A stretch of DNA of 64,000 nt from positions 652,043 through 716,042 of the forward strand of contig OZ316891.1 of assembly GCA_973895155.1 (NCBI GenBank), read 5' to 3'. This document shows, piece after piece, positions 38,098-51,452 of the stretch. Below the pieces are notes generated by a model that was given only the letters and a program-made list of their open reading frames with translations, was not told where the DNA came from and ran no database searches. Numbering within the stretch: the stretch's first letter is position 1; each line of letters starts with the position of its first letter. Made by a program: the position numbers and the translations under genes. The DNA comes from Marsupella aquatica. Taxonomy: Eukaryota; Plantae; Marchantiophyta.

Positions 38098-41000
38098 TTG
38101 GAGTCAGCAACTCCGAAGCAAAGTGTTAAGGTAGTCGAGTTCCGCGACCCACATGGAGCAGAGTTTGAATTAAAGTTAGGAGCTTGATTAGGAGCTAGTG
38201 ATAAAGGTAAACACTTGACCTGTTGTGAAGATTGGATTAGAGTGGTTTGGTAGAATGAAAGCTATTTAAGTGTGGAATTTGTTTTGTTGTGGTAGATATG
38301 CTTTTGCTACTTACCTGGGAAAACTTCACAAAAATAGAATCAAGCTAAGATTAGCCAGTATAATTATGCTCCCAATGCTAGATAGTGGTAGTAGAGTGTG
38401 TAATCAGTGTTAATATTCAAAGTGGAGAAAACTTGAAAGTCTCTTATGAAGAAGAGGTGGAGTTTTTTTTTAAATTTTTTTTAACAAGAACAAAACAACT
38501 TTATTCATGGAGAGAACAAGGAGAAAAGACTTTCTGGCTAGAGTCTGAGTGTATTCTTGGTCACAATGTGCTTTTCTTAATTTTCATGTGTACTATGTCA
38601 CTCACTTTTAATTAACAGGTATTAATACAGATATTAAATTCTTGGCATATACTTTACATGTACCTACTTCTTTTATCATAAATAAATCAAATGATTTACA
38701 TGTCACTACAAGACAAAAAAAAGAGGCATGCTCGAGGATGAACATGCTATATGGCTTTAAAAAGTATTTGAATTTCTTTATTTTTTTGCTTGTGGTCTAA
38801 CATTAAGTTCTTCCATCATGAGAACAGAACTGTCAGAATTAATGATATTTTTGCTTGGATAATATGCTACCTGTGAGTTGCTCTTCACCATGAGAATGGT
38901 CTTATTTTCAAAGCTTAGTGAAAAGTTGATCAAAGCATTGCTCCCAATCAGAATTATGTCAAAATTTTGTTCCAACATCCAGCAAAACCTCTAGGTACTC
39001 GGAAATAGAGCAGCTAACCTTCTTTTTGAGGCAACCTCCCTCAATGGGGCATAAATGCTGTTTTATGTACAGTACCAAGCTTTGATTTCTGCATTGACAG
39101 TTCTGGCCTTGTGCTTGGCTTTGCTGTGGAGTGGGCACTGGGCTCATTTTGACTCTGTTTTGGCTGTTTACTCGTTGTGGCCTTAGCTGCTTGTGAAGGT
39201 TGTGTGCTTGTTTTGGTAGGCTCCTTATGAAGGCTATGTGCTCCACTCTGTTCTTTTTTTTGCCTTGAAAAAACTCATTGAATAACATCCAAAAGCCAGC
39301 ATACAACATGGGCGGCCCACAAAGGGGGTCGGCACCCGGGGGACCAAAGGCCAATAAGCCAACAAACCGGAGAGGCCGGAACCAGGAAAGAAGCTAAACC
39401 AGGGGAAAGCTAAACTAGAAATTTAGCTACTGCCGCAGGAGCAGCTCAAACTCCAAAAGGCTGGCCAGTGAACCGGGGACCGGCAGGGTACCCATCAGTG
39501 GATCCGTGATAGAAAAGCTATCGGTCTAGTCTGCAGTGTAGCTCCTAATCCTGTGGAGTAGAATCCTTCATGCTCGGCTCTGTTTTGGCTCTGTCATTGG
39601 TGCTTCATTATTTTCCACTTGTTTTTTTGGCTCTTATAGCTTTATGAGGTTCATTTTGGCTAGACTATGCTCATTTTGGCTTTTCGGCTCATTGCATTGG
39701 CTACAGGTGCATTCTCCAGCTGCTTGTGAAGGTTGTGTGCTTGTTTTGGCTGTGTGCCTCAACTGCTCAGGAAAGTTGTGCTCTATTTGTGGCCTCAGTT
39801 GTGTGTTTCAATATTTGACCTGGTTTGTGTGCTCATTTTTGGTCCTCTCTCTTTCAATTTGGGACCAAAAACCAGTGCATTGTGTGTAACCTCATAGGTT
39901 ATTCATTTGAATAACCGACACACAATGCACTGGTGACTGAATTTTGAAAAGTGCATAGGTTTACTGCTCAATTACACATCTCTTGTATGTTTAGTCTTGG
40001 AAAATTTTCCTCCATCCTTCCAAAAACTGTTTTGTGTTTTTGTCTTACAAAAACTTCCTGCCCTTGCTTGTTACCTGGTTGCTTCTCAAGTTGGAAAAAT
40101 GCCATCATTTGTCATGTGCAGAGATTGACAACGCTGTTGAATGTGGTGCTGGAAAACATTTGCACCATTGTTGGGAATTGGTTTAAATGTAAGTAACCTA
40201 TATTTTACTGAAAGTGGCAGTAATATTAATAAAAAGTAATGGTTCCTTTTTTTGTTAAGGGGTTCAGAAATCATCAATAGGGTAAATGTTTTGATAAACA
40301 TCTTATGTTGACAACACATCTAGACTATAATTTCTGCAAAAATAAAATAAAATAAAACGTAACTATGGTTTACATTTAGCAAAGTCAGAATCTTTTGCAC
40401 TATAGCTCTATATTTAGTTTTATTATTAATTTTACAAGAAACAAAGTATTTTTCCAATCTGATGGAGATGTGTTTTTGTTGTATGCTTAAACGTATCAAC
40501 ATGTTTTATACATTATTTTTTCAATCTTTACCGATCCCCATGTTAAGTCTTTTGCACCACATCGTAGCAAGGTGATAAGAATGTAAATGACTATTTGACT
40601 CCTTAACAACTCATTTTGGTTCTTGTTAGGAGTGGATGCGATCAAAAAGACTTATTTAACATGGTTTGAGAAGTCTAAGGTTGGGGTATTAATGTTTTAT
40701 AAACTTTCCCAAGTCTTGGGCAATTTTGTCACTATGCTCATCACATGGGTGACATTCATGTCCACATGCAATCAATAAGACTAACAAGTAAACAAATGAT
40801 ATAATATCAATGAATAGAGGAGAAGAATTCCAGCTAGTATGGCTAGCATTTCCCTATATCACCAATCCATTTCATAGGCAAGTGGCATAATCTAAGATTT
40901 GGTACAATCAAGCTCCATCATATACCGCTGCCAAATTCAATGCCAAAATCCTTCATGAAAGTCCTTCATGAAAGTAAAACATCCTTCCCAAAAGCAAGCC

Positions 41001-41340
41001 TCTCACTCTTTCTTGCCCTTGTCAATTAGCCCTTTACTTCACCACGCACTCCATGGTATGGGAAGCTACAATGTCTTGGTCCATCGGGGCTTCTGTTTCA
41101 AATAGAGCAGTTACTTGTGCCTGCATAAACGTCCATACCTATTTTTTAGTTTGCTCAACAACGTTCAGTTAAGTGATGGCCATAAAGTGGTCCCAGAAAT
41201 ATTCATTGGGTTTTTTCAAGGCAAAAAAGTGGTCCCAGAAATTTATTGTCTGCAACCATTTTGAGACAATTGCTCATACTCTAAACAGTATGTTAAAACC
41301 ATATTCCATTATTCTGACCACGTAGGTGTTGGTTCACGGG

Positions 41341-41373
41341 CGTGGTACTTGACCGTGGTACTTGACCGTGGTA
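41341..41373 (+). repeat. 13-bp tandem repeat (cgtggtacttgac, about 2.5 copies) in the RPL15 proximal promoter region
   Basis: Seen directly, about 170 bp upstream of the ATG. Confidence 0.7.
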
Positions 41374-41535
41374 GCCAGGTGAGGCTCGGGCAGCAAGTGC
41401 GGGCAGTACGAGCATGAATCCGAAAGAAGTGCGATAAAGGGATTTGATGGAAGTAGACTCCCTGAGTGTTGTTTGGGCAGAGATTCCAACAAGTCGTTCT
41501 GTACAATTCCGCCATCCACCTTCGATTTCGTGGCT

Positions 41536-43135
41536 ATGGCAGCTCTCGTGGCAGCCGCTTCAGCTGTCGGGGCGGGGCCCCTGTCGACCGCTCTGAGATG
41601 TGGTGCCATCGCTGGCCCGTCTCGTGATCTCAGCTGTAGCTCGTCCGCATTTGCGAAGGGTGTGAAGCTCCAACAGCGAAGATGGGTCGTCAATGCGTCT
41701 CGCAACAGAGTGGGTGCTGCTCCTCTTGTCAGGGCGCAGGCCACTGCAGAAGTGGAAGTCGAATCCCCTCCAGGTGTGTGTGCCGTGTGCCTCTCCATTT
41801 CTTGTGATAATCAGTCCCCTTCTATTTCGACGGTGTCCTTCTTTCAAGTGAATTCTTCTGTATCTCTTGCTTCTGTATACCCTATTCTTTCAATTAGTCC
41901 CTGTCCATTTGTTACGCATAGTCAGCCCTTATTCCATTTGAATGGTGTCTGGCATTCCAATTAATTCTTTTGTGTGGCTTTCTTCTGGATACCTCTCGCC
42001 TTTGGATTTGTGATGAATGGATGATTCTATTGACCTTACGCGAGGGATTACGTGATTAAGGAACTTGTTTCGGCCAATTTGCTCAGCATGAAGCATTACA
42101 AAATTGGACTTTGATTGATTTGTCTTACCACGTTTAAAAAACTCTGAGAAAATCTCCACACGCAGAGAGATGGTAGCGACTTGGTCTGATTTTTCCAGCG
42201 TATGGTGCATTTTATTTGATACAGAGAGATTTCGCCTCGGGAATTTGTCTCCTCAACCGGGTTCTAGGAAGAGGAACAAGAGAAAGGGAAGAGGTATTGC
42301 GGCTGGACAGGGGGCAAGTTGCGGGTTTGGTATGCGTGGCCAGAAGTCCAGGTCTGGATCAGGAGTCCGCCCCGGTTTCGAAGGAGGACAAATGCCCCTC
42401 TACAGGCGACTGCCCAAGCTGAAGGGTATTGCCGGAGGTAAGCTCCGCTGTGGTGGATAAAGTTTCCTTAACCCTTTGGTCTCATTGTTTCGTCCCGCTG
42501 GTTCTGACTTAGCTCCTTGGGTGTGTGAGCAGGAATGGGGGCTGGGCTCTCCAAGTTTGTCACCGTGAATCTGGATGATATTGAGGCTGCGAATTTCTCA
42601 GAGGGGGAAGAAGTGTCTTTAGAAACCTTGGTAGCTAGGCGTATCCTAAATCCCTCCGGTAGGGAAGAACGACTCAGATTGAAGGTACCGTCATCATCTC
42701 ACCTTCAAATTTTATGTATCACTGAACATAGGGTATGTTTATGATTACCACATTAATGCTAGTGTCTAACTGAATCAAGCAGTGTTATCTATGAATCGAG
42801 GATGGAAAACGAATTTAGGAGGAAACTGTAGTTTTCTACAATCTGTCTCTGGGATGCATAGACCTGTCGAATGGTCTTTTTGTAAATATGAATTGTTTAG
42901 TGATAGTTGCTTCTTATCTCAGGTTTTGGGAAATGGCGAGCTGACCACAAAGCTTACAATTAAGGCTGGTGCATTCTCGGAATCTGCGAGGGCAAAACTG
43001 GAGTCGGTTGGAAGTACTTTGGTTGATGTGCCAGGGCGGAAGAAGTGGGTGAAGCCTTCAGTGCAAGCGCACCAGACCCGAGCCGAAGAGTACTTTGCCA
43101 AGAAACGGGCATCGGATTCGTGGGTTGAGAAGTAG
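41536..43135 (+). CDS. RPL15: Plastid 50S ribosomal protein L15 (uL15c); exons 41536-41773, 42225-42437, 42533-42684, 42923-43135
   Basis: A transit peptide is followed by [14 protein letters not shown]...[24 protein letters not shown]...[22 protein letters not shown] and LKVLGNGEL...[11 protein letters not shown]. All introns are GT-AG and in phase. Confidence 0.97.
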
Positions 43136-43547
43136 TGACTCAATTTTGCTTCTTGTTGTCAATGCGACTGTACAGGACTGGTCATTTGTCCTGCTGCTGG
43201 GATGGTGGACAGGGGATATACCAGTTTGGATGTGAATTAGAAGAAGTTCTACCTGTAGCCATATTTCTTCACCCCTGAATAAAAATGACGAGGTGGGAAA
43301 AACTTTCTAAAATGTGCGGATGTCCAATGTTGATTTAGACGCGGATCGTTTTTTTTTCAATTCTCTTGATTTTGACCGCAGTAAATTTATTTGCAAAATG
43401 TTGCAAAAATTCATCTTGAGAATGGACTGCATTGTGCATTGTGCATAATGAAACAATGATTAAAACTGTTGATTGACGTCAAAGAAACGAGCACTGTGCA
43501 TTGACACAATAATTGAAACTGCTGATTGACTTCGAGTTCAGTACCTG

Positions 43548-43935
43548 AGGATCGTCGTGAAAGTGTCCTTCTGACATAGGGGGGTGTCTTATTTTCTTTC
43601 CCAAGAGCACGTAATTGATGGGGCAATGTGCAGCATCTATAAAATAGCAATGAAGACAATGACACTTCTCAATGCAATAGCTAAAGATTGTGGTGAAAGT
43701 GCCTTACCCAAAGAGGGGTGACTTATTTTCTTTCCCTAGAGCACGTAAATGATAGTGTTGTGAAAAGTATCTTTAAAAGAACGTTAGATATAATGACATT
43801 TATCAACGCAGTAGCTATGGATCGTCGTGAAAGTGTCCTTCCCAGAGGTGGATATCTTATTTTCTTTCCCAAGAGCACGTAATTGATAGGGCAATGTATA
43901 GTATCTATTAAAGAGCGTTACATGTAATGATAATT
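43548..43935. repeat. Degenerate tandem repeat of about 135 bp, 3 copies, between convergent genes
   Basis: cttattttctttcccWagagcacgtaa occurs at about 43588, 43722 and 43857. Confidence 0.85.
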
Positions 43936-44359
43936 TTCAATTTCGATTCCCCTCAAAATGAAGTCACTGGCAAAATTCCTTGAAAAATAACGGGTTGTTC
44001 TGTCTGAGAAACAGAATCCAATTGGATCTCATCCTAAAACCCTAACTATGGCTACCAGTTCGGGATTCCGTTACATTATAGCTTTGACGAAGGATTAGAC
44101 TACTAGCATATCCGAGCGACAGGGAATGAAAGTCGATTCCAGAGTTTGTCATAACAGAAGGCTTTGAGAATGGCCTAATAGCTAAAACCCGTTCACTCTT
44201 TGGTTATGGAACCCATAGTCCAAAAATGAGTCCTGTAACAAAGGCGAGGATCCTGAATTGGTCTGAGATTCCTTAAATTCCTACACCCAATAGGTAAAAC
44301 AGAAGCCCCGTGACCTTGGAGAAGCTCTCAATGATCGTCATTGGGAACATATGCCAAAC

Positions 44360-46521
44360 TCACACCACTGGTTTCATTGTCACCAAAGGGAGCGTCTCGG
44401 TCATATCTTGTTTCTCTGAACTCTTTATCATCTCAAGGGATAGCTTGTGCCGAACGTATCCATAGAATGTGCAGCCAAGCAGTGTGATACTGCATCCAAT
44501 TGCATTCATCCCCGACATGGGGTTCTTGAATATGAGCCAGGAGATGACGATAGCAACTGCCACCTGGAAAATCCAAAATATGGGTTATGACGAGAATTAC
44601 AGTTGAAAGGAAACTAAAGTCAAGAGATGATCCAAAAGACATTCACGCATGTCTACAGAAAAACGCAGTCTCAAGGAGAAATGTATAGTCTCAGCATAGC
44701 TTCCGGTAAAAGCAACGATCTGAACGAAATAAGTGAAAGGCAATGCTGTACTCCTACCTTCATATTGCCAGCCACATTGAATGTGACAGCAGTTGTTGAA
44801 TGGATGACATAAAAGATAGAGAAATTGAGACAAAAGGCGAATACACCAGAGCTGAGAATAATGCAAACAGGGAAAAATAGCGACTCTTGCCCTTGGGCCC
44901 ATGTTACTACCCCCACCCCTTCCAAAAGAAGAGCCGGGAGGGCTAGTATCATAGTTGCATAGGGTGCCATATAATACACAGTGTTTATGCTGCATGCACA
45001 TCACAACAACCGTAAACTCGGTGAGTCTCACAAGTACATCACATTTGACTACAACATCAGCGATTTACCCGATGAGATTCCATGAGGGTACCTAAGCAGA
45101 CTCCTCATCAATTAACATCGCCACATGGCCATGTTATGGCAACTTCACAGCTGAACATGAACCCTCCCTACCTTATAAGATGACTTTTGTTTCTTCTCAT
45201 TCACCTAGGATATACAACAGTGGACAAAAGGCTATCGGAGAGAGCTATTAAAAGGTAGGCAGACAACGCCATGTCTTCTACCTATCAAAATTGTATCCAT
45301 GGAGTAGAGACTCGGCCAGAATGGTTTTCGTTGATGTCACCAGACAACCAAAAAGTGCTGCCAGGAAGCCGAACAGGTTGAAGCTCAATTCTGTAATAGA
45401 GGTGAGCATTATACCGCCTACCACGGGTAACAAAGATAGCCAGACCCTCTTATCAAATACCTTTCTCCATACCAGCCACTGCAAAACCACTGTTACAGAG
45501 CATTTCATTAGCACACTGGTATAGCATACAGTTTATTAGTCACGGACAATAAGTTATTTAACATTACCTTTTTCAAAACCATAACAAATTATCTACTGTG
45601 GAAATTTCTAGTACCTGTCGTGGCGGGAGTCAGAGACTTGATGGTCTGCATGAAGGACACTGGAATGTACCGTAGGCTCACATTCCCCAGTACTATATTG
45701 ATGCAGAAAACGAAGGACATCGGAAATATCCTGCTCCATCTGTCTTGCGGGCTCACTTCAATTAATGGTTTCAATTTCAAAATATGGATTACCACAAACG
45801 CTCCCACGGCTGACAAGATGAAGTGGATGGATGAGACTGTAAGAGGGAACTTGAAGTCCAGTCTCTGCCACACGAGTCGGAACACAACCCAAACAAAGGT
45901 CAGAACCAGACGCAATAAAATTGCAGAGCACTGAAGAGATAAATCAAGCCATAGACTCAGGTAGTAATGATATTGTAACAGAGCCAATTGACATTGGGAA
46001 AAAGGAAATAAAAAGGATAACCTCGTCAAGAGAGGAATCGATTTTTTTGCAGATGTGGTCTATATTTCATATAATGGCCTGAGTTTCCCTCCCAATTCAA
46101 ATTCATGGGAAGCTGTGTGCGGCAAATGAGGGTTTCTAAGGGATTTCGTCATTCGACCACTGGGCTTTCAGTGAGAATTCGGTTTACAACTCGAGTGGAT
46201 ACATAACTTATTCTATACCGGCGTACAAGCGAGGTGATGATGATTTAATTTTTTTAACAAAACTGATGGCATTCTATGCCAGAGCTGCTCCGAACAGAAC
46301 ATTTTCTTAGGAACATCATTGCCAGCTTCATAAGAAAGCGATAAACGGATCAACTACTAGATTCGTTTTGCATCGTTGGTCAGTGCAGAAGGAGGTTTAG
46401 AGATTTGCGCAACCTGAAATATCCATTTGTTCATAATAATAACCAGCACATTGAATGACCACCATTGCAAAACTGAGAGAATTGCTCGGAAAGGACTCGA
46501 ACGCTTGACGTCCGACTTCAT
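44360..46521 (-). CDS. Nucleotide-sugar transporter of the TPT/NST family (UDP-galactose transporter 1 / GONST5-like); multi-exon
   Basis: Exons read AILSVLQWWSFNVLVIIMNKWIFQ, LDFKFPLTVS, FCINIVLGNVSLRYIPVSFMQTIKS, TSTKTILAESLLHGYNFD, YYMAPYAT, HSTTAVTFNVAGNMKVAVAIVISWLIF and GCTFYGYVRH. Confidence 0.95.
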
Positions 46522-49500
46522 GATGATGATCTTGGTCGAATGCTCGATGTGGCTCTGCTCTCTTCTCAAATTCTTATCTTCCCAGCTCTCTTCTCAAAAA
46601 TTTATTCGAACTTTCAGCCTTCGTAATGATGATTTTGCTTGCCCGAAATCTCCTCCCACTCCTCTCAAGATCAAGGGTTACTTGTAAGCGGTTCGTTCGA
46701 AAAGTTGTCCTGCAAACGAAATCTGAAGAGAAATGACTGATGTTTTCCATGAAATCTGAAATCCTTCCCGCAAGCGTAGACATGAAACAGACAATGAAAG
46801 TCATCGAAGCTCGTATATACACCCCAACATGCTTTCCATTGAGATGAGGAAATGGGGACACATATCACACGAATAAAAGCTCCGGAGGATATACTTAAGC
46901 TCCAGTTTCCTTGAGAGAGGGAAACTAACGAGAGAAAATGGCGGAAATTTTACGGGAGAACTTTCTCCTTCAAGGCATAGTGAATAAGATACAGAGGCAA
47001 GCCGCAAAAGAGGATCAGAGAAGAGAGCACCATATGAGCACCAGCATGCTCCATCTTGTCTATTCAACAACATTCATACAAACAATCTGCGTACCAACAA
47101 TACACAAATGCGGAGATTATCAAAGTTTAGTTCGGTTCACACCTTTATGCCCTGTCCTGCAGACGCTCATTGACAGTGATAAGCAGGGGAAAGTTCTCAA
47201 ACGCCTCGCTGCTGCTACGAATCAAGCAACCACCGGTTGAACCTATAAAATTGGAGTCTTTCGCAGGAGCCTAAGAAGTCAAGTATATGTCATCGACAAT
47301 AATTCCAGCCAGACTGCACCAAGTCACGATCCCGGTAGAAGATTCATCGTCTTCCATCGTCAGCTTCGTTTCACGTCATCCTGTGAGCCACTAAACCTGC
47401 CTCCCTGCTTGCGTCCTTCCTTCCAAATCCAACACCTTTCCTTCGTTAGCCCATCATACAATGGAAAACTGTGCCCCTTCCTCTAAGCCTAACCGGTATA
47501 CAGAGGGATTGCTTTGCACATACCACTATGATGGACAGAGCAGTCTCGACAGAGAGCCTCCTCGAAAAAGATAGACGACGCACAATTGAGCCCACCCTCC
47601 ACGTCCAACAAGATTGACACAAGAAGTACGGAACACCGCGGTCAATTCACACCTCAACTGTTCAAGATGTCACCCGTCCGCTATCAGTCTGTTTGTCGCT
47701 CCGTGTATCATTAATGGTGTATCCCTTCTGTGTCGCGATCTTAGTGCAGGCTGTCAAGTTTCCTTCTTGAAGTGCCTGTCAACTTGTTTTCTTGAGGATG
47801 CGTTCTGCTTCAGTAGACTCTCCACCCCAGGAAGAGCCGAAAGAGCAATTGATTCCCGTCACAAGCTGATAGGAGTAAGAATTTCCCAGCCGATTCTGTC
47901 CGGATCTTCCGCGCCAGTTCCGTGTTGTGGTGTGGGTTGGGATTGTGGTACCTTCCCCGGCTCCACCCGGCGGGTTTGATTTCAATTGAACGGACCTGCA
48001 CCCATCGTCAACACACGTGGAATGGACGGATTGGGCAGGCCACAATAAAGCTCGGTTGATTCTTCGATGACAACCACCAAAGCAATGAAACGTCCTTCTG
48101 TTAGCAATGGCCTCGACCTGTTTTTGGGGGTCTCTCGCCGAACAAGTTTGCATGATCATGAACTCGTCGTTCTACTCCGCCTCCAATGAACGGCAACCAA
48201 CTTCACCGACACAATCATCATCATGCATTCAGCAGAAGAGCTAACTTTTCTCTGGTGTGTCAATCTTTCTCTCCTCCCGGGGGCCGATGATAGCCATGCA
48301 GCTATGTACCGGTAAATTTGAACCGAATCAGCCCACACAAACTTCCAGACAGACAGAGCTTCATGCAAGTCTATAGAAGAAAAGCTCCCTATGGCTACTG
48401 CAGGTATCTAGCTGCCCCTAAACGCCGATAATAGTTTCATAATGAAGCTCCCAAGGCTGAGATGGGAGGAAAATACGAATTTAAATATCCAGGGGACGAA
48501 CTGGAAGAGGCTCGATGATACTGATGGTGAAGGGATTGAAAATCATTTTCTCAACAGTCACTGGGTGGTATGAACTAGAATCCGGTGTTAAGTCGTTATA
48601 GTCAGGTGTCTTTAATTACATAAGTACTGTACTTACCCTGAAGTAAAAGGGTGAGTTTTTCATCCTGGTAATTTGCTTAACTTTCCCACAAATTCGCCTC
48701 ACTGGTCAATCAACTACTCTCCGTACTTGTTGCTTTAGTAAAATAGAATCTCCACTTTGAAAGTTGGTTGGTTCGTTTCTAGGCACATTCTTTTGTCTTT
48801 TGACCATCGGTCTTCTCTAATAGGAGCTCTAACCAGCTGTGTCATACACTTCTGGTTCCTCGTGGGAGGAAAGTCTTAATAGAGACAGATAGCTCATCAA
48901 ATAAGTGATGAAAACGTCCTCTGGTAATCCAGTGTTTGCTCGGGTGTTTGCTACAATGAGATTGTGTTGCCAATTGACACCAATTTCCTTTCTGCTTCAG
49001 ATACTGGTCTTGCTGGAACCAATTAATGCATCCTTGTTGGCAAAAGTTTCCTTTCTGCCTAGATGGTGATTGTGATGTGTACGTTTCCTGCCTTAACATT
49101 GATCGATGAATTTGGAACCGCTAAATAGTTCCTTACAATACTTCCTTGACAAGAATATTGCTTTGAGGTACAAAGAATAGGCCGATGTTTCCGGATTGCT
49201 TCTGCTCAGCATGGACAAATAGACACAATCCTCAGTTGATGCTCACCAAGAAGGTGGCCAGATAAATTTCATTGACCTCATTGATATCTGGTTAGAGTCC
49301 CATTGTACACCACTAACACTCATACCAGCGAGAACGGTACCAAGATGAGGCGTCTTCAACTTTCGTGACGACATACCCTCCTAAGTCACAATTTCCTCCA
49401 TTTGCTACAGGAGTTTGCTTCCCAAGGTAGAGGATGCCGGTTGAAATACTTCTGCATGCTACTGGCTCGATCATAGTTATCTTCTTCAATGGCTCGATGC

Positions 49501-49599
49501 AGGTGGTTTCCAAGAGGAACTTGGCAAAAATCTGCCTAAGCTAAATCAGTCTAGTCTATCAAGTTCCTAAACTATTGGTTGACATCTTAGTTTGCTAAT

Positions 49600-49790
49600 G
49601 AGATCCAATGCAATCCGAGATGGACGAGGGCTTTCAGCTACTCACTCTGTGGAGCAGTCCCAGCTGTTCACCGAATCTTTGTGTTTTGAAGAATGAATCA
49701 TGAATTCTACTTCTTCGGGGTATGGTTGAATCAATGCTTCAATGACACGTCAAGTAACAACTCTGCTATTTACATTCCAAGCTTTTATAA
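49600..49790 (+). repeat. Diverged direct repeat copy A (partner at 61446-61628)
   Basis: gagatScaatgcaatccga...ctttcagctMctcact...ccagctgttcacc...ttgaatcaatgcttcaa...tctgctatttacat is shared between the two copies. Confidence 0.8.
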
Positions 49791-51452
49791 AAATAGTGGT
49801 CATTCCATCCATCGCCAGATAGGCTGGATCCAACCCATTTTTCGTCATTGAGACCGCCCTTGGAAATGCTCCTTGTGAAGGAATTCACAGGCATCTTCAA
49901 TATCCTTGTGCACGATTCCGTGCGAGTATTCAAAGTTACAGAAGACTGATGCGATGATAAAAAGTTATATAGGCTCCAAGGTCAAAATTAATACTCTCTC
50001 GTAGTCTTCAGCGAGGTCCTTTGAACAAGTTTTGTCCGTCATAATGTGAATCCTTTATGCATCTCCCTATAAACTAAGCCTTGGCAGAACTCTCATTCGG
50101 TGACGTTCTATTGGTTCAACGTCAGTACATGGATTCCACTCGATTCTTTTGTCTTCATTTATGGCTCTTGTTTCCTTCTGCACAGTTTTCCGGTGACTCA
50201 ATCATTATCTGCTTTCCATTTCACAAAGCGAGCAATGAGGTATCTCTTTCCAACCCCCCTCGAAAGGTCCTCAATGTATGTTTCGCGTAATTCGGAAACT
50301 TCTTTCTTTCTCTGGGTATTTGATCAAAAGTGCGCTCTCATCTGGGAGCTCTCTGTGAGGAACAATAACCCTTCAAGCATTCTTTGCCTTCTTCTCACTC
50401 AAAAACCAATGACAGATTTCATTCATTTCATTTCACTTCCTGTCATCCTTGGTTTGGTATAATAACAGTTTTACATCCGCCTTCCAAAAGAAGGACAGGT
50501 AGAGTGGTTTGTTCTTGTTCAGTCCTGCAATTCATCTTTAAATCTTTACCTCACGTACTAGAATAGAAATTGCGCTAAGAGCTGCGAACATTCCAGTTCT
50601 ATTTGCCATTCACACGGCTTCTGATGCCTCCAGAGTCAGGCATCTGCTCTTCGAGCGGTTGCACGTGGATCTGATCTCAGTTTAAGTCTTGGTGCTTACA
50701 CCCTAGAGTTGAACTTTTCGTTCTTCTACTAAAGCTCTGTTTAGCAGGAGAAAGAAGTCCGTCACGAGTGATGAATTGGTGACCTTTAACGTAATCCATC
50801 TTTCAGATTGGGTATAGTTTGAATGATCAGTGTTTGAATGACCATTTCTTTGCGAATTACTGATATTAATGTTATAGAGAGGAAGGCTATAGTCGGTGGT
50901 CGGAATTAAAGAACCTAGTTCTGAAATTCATCTGGCAATCCTCCAACCCTTATCCGTTGCAGAGTGTGTCCTGGGAAACCAGTTTAGTTCCGGAAGATTA
51001 AAGATTCTCTCCAAGCCTCTACTGCTCGTCCAGAAGTTCAAACCTTGATTTGCGACCCGAAAACTTGTGTGTTCGGCTTATGGATTCACTGGACGGTGCT
51101 TGCTCTCTCTCAAGGCACCGGGTCTCACGAACCAAACAGATACCTAAGGCAATACTTGCTTGAAACTATGTTTTGTCAAATCAGCTATGAAGAGCCAAGT
51201 AGATTTCAAAAGCGTAAGCCAACTGGCCCATTGGTCAGCAACGCAGCTGGTCTCATATTGAAGACATGTCAACTTTAGTACATGAAACCGGCTTCCGCTG
51301 TTATGCTGTCTTGATAAACTCCATCATTTTCAACGGAATCCATGGGCAGTCTTCGAACAATTGATACGGTTCGGTGTACAAAGACTACAGATACTCTATC
51401 ATGGAGGATCCACATAGCTAACAAGTAATGAGATTGTGATGTACAGTCTGAG

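Noticed and set aside
38098-38120. Primer-binding site after the putative LTR
   Set aside because: tggagtcagcaac does not match the usual tRNA-Met PBS (tggtatcagag), and no gag/pol ORF follows.
49800-50400. Kinase-like words (MLEGLLFL, HGIVHKDI) on the minus strand
   Set aside because: The words are far apart, interrupted by many stops, and no other kinase motifs are present.
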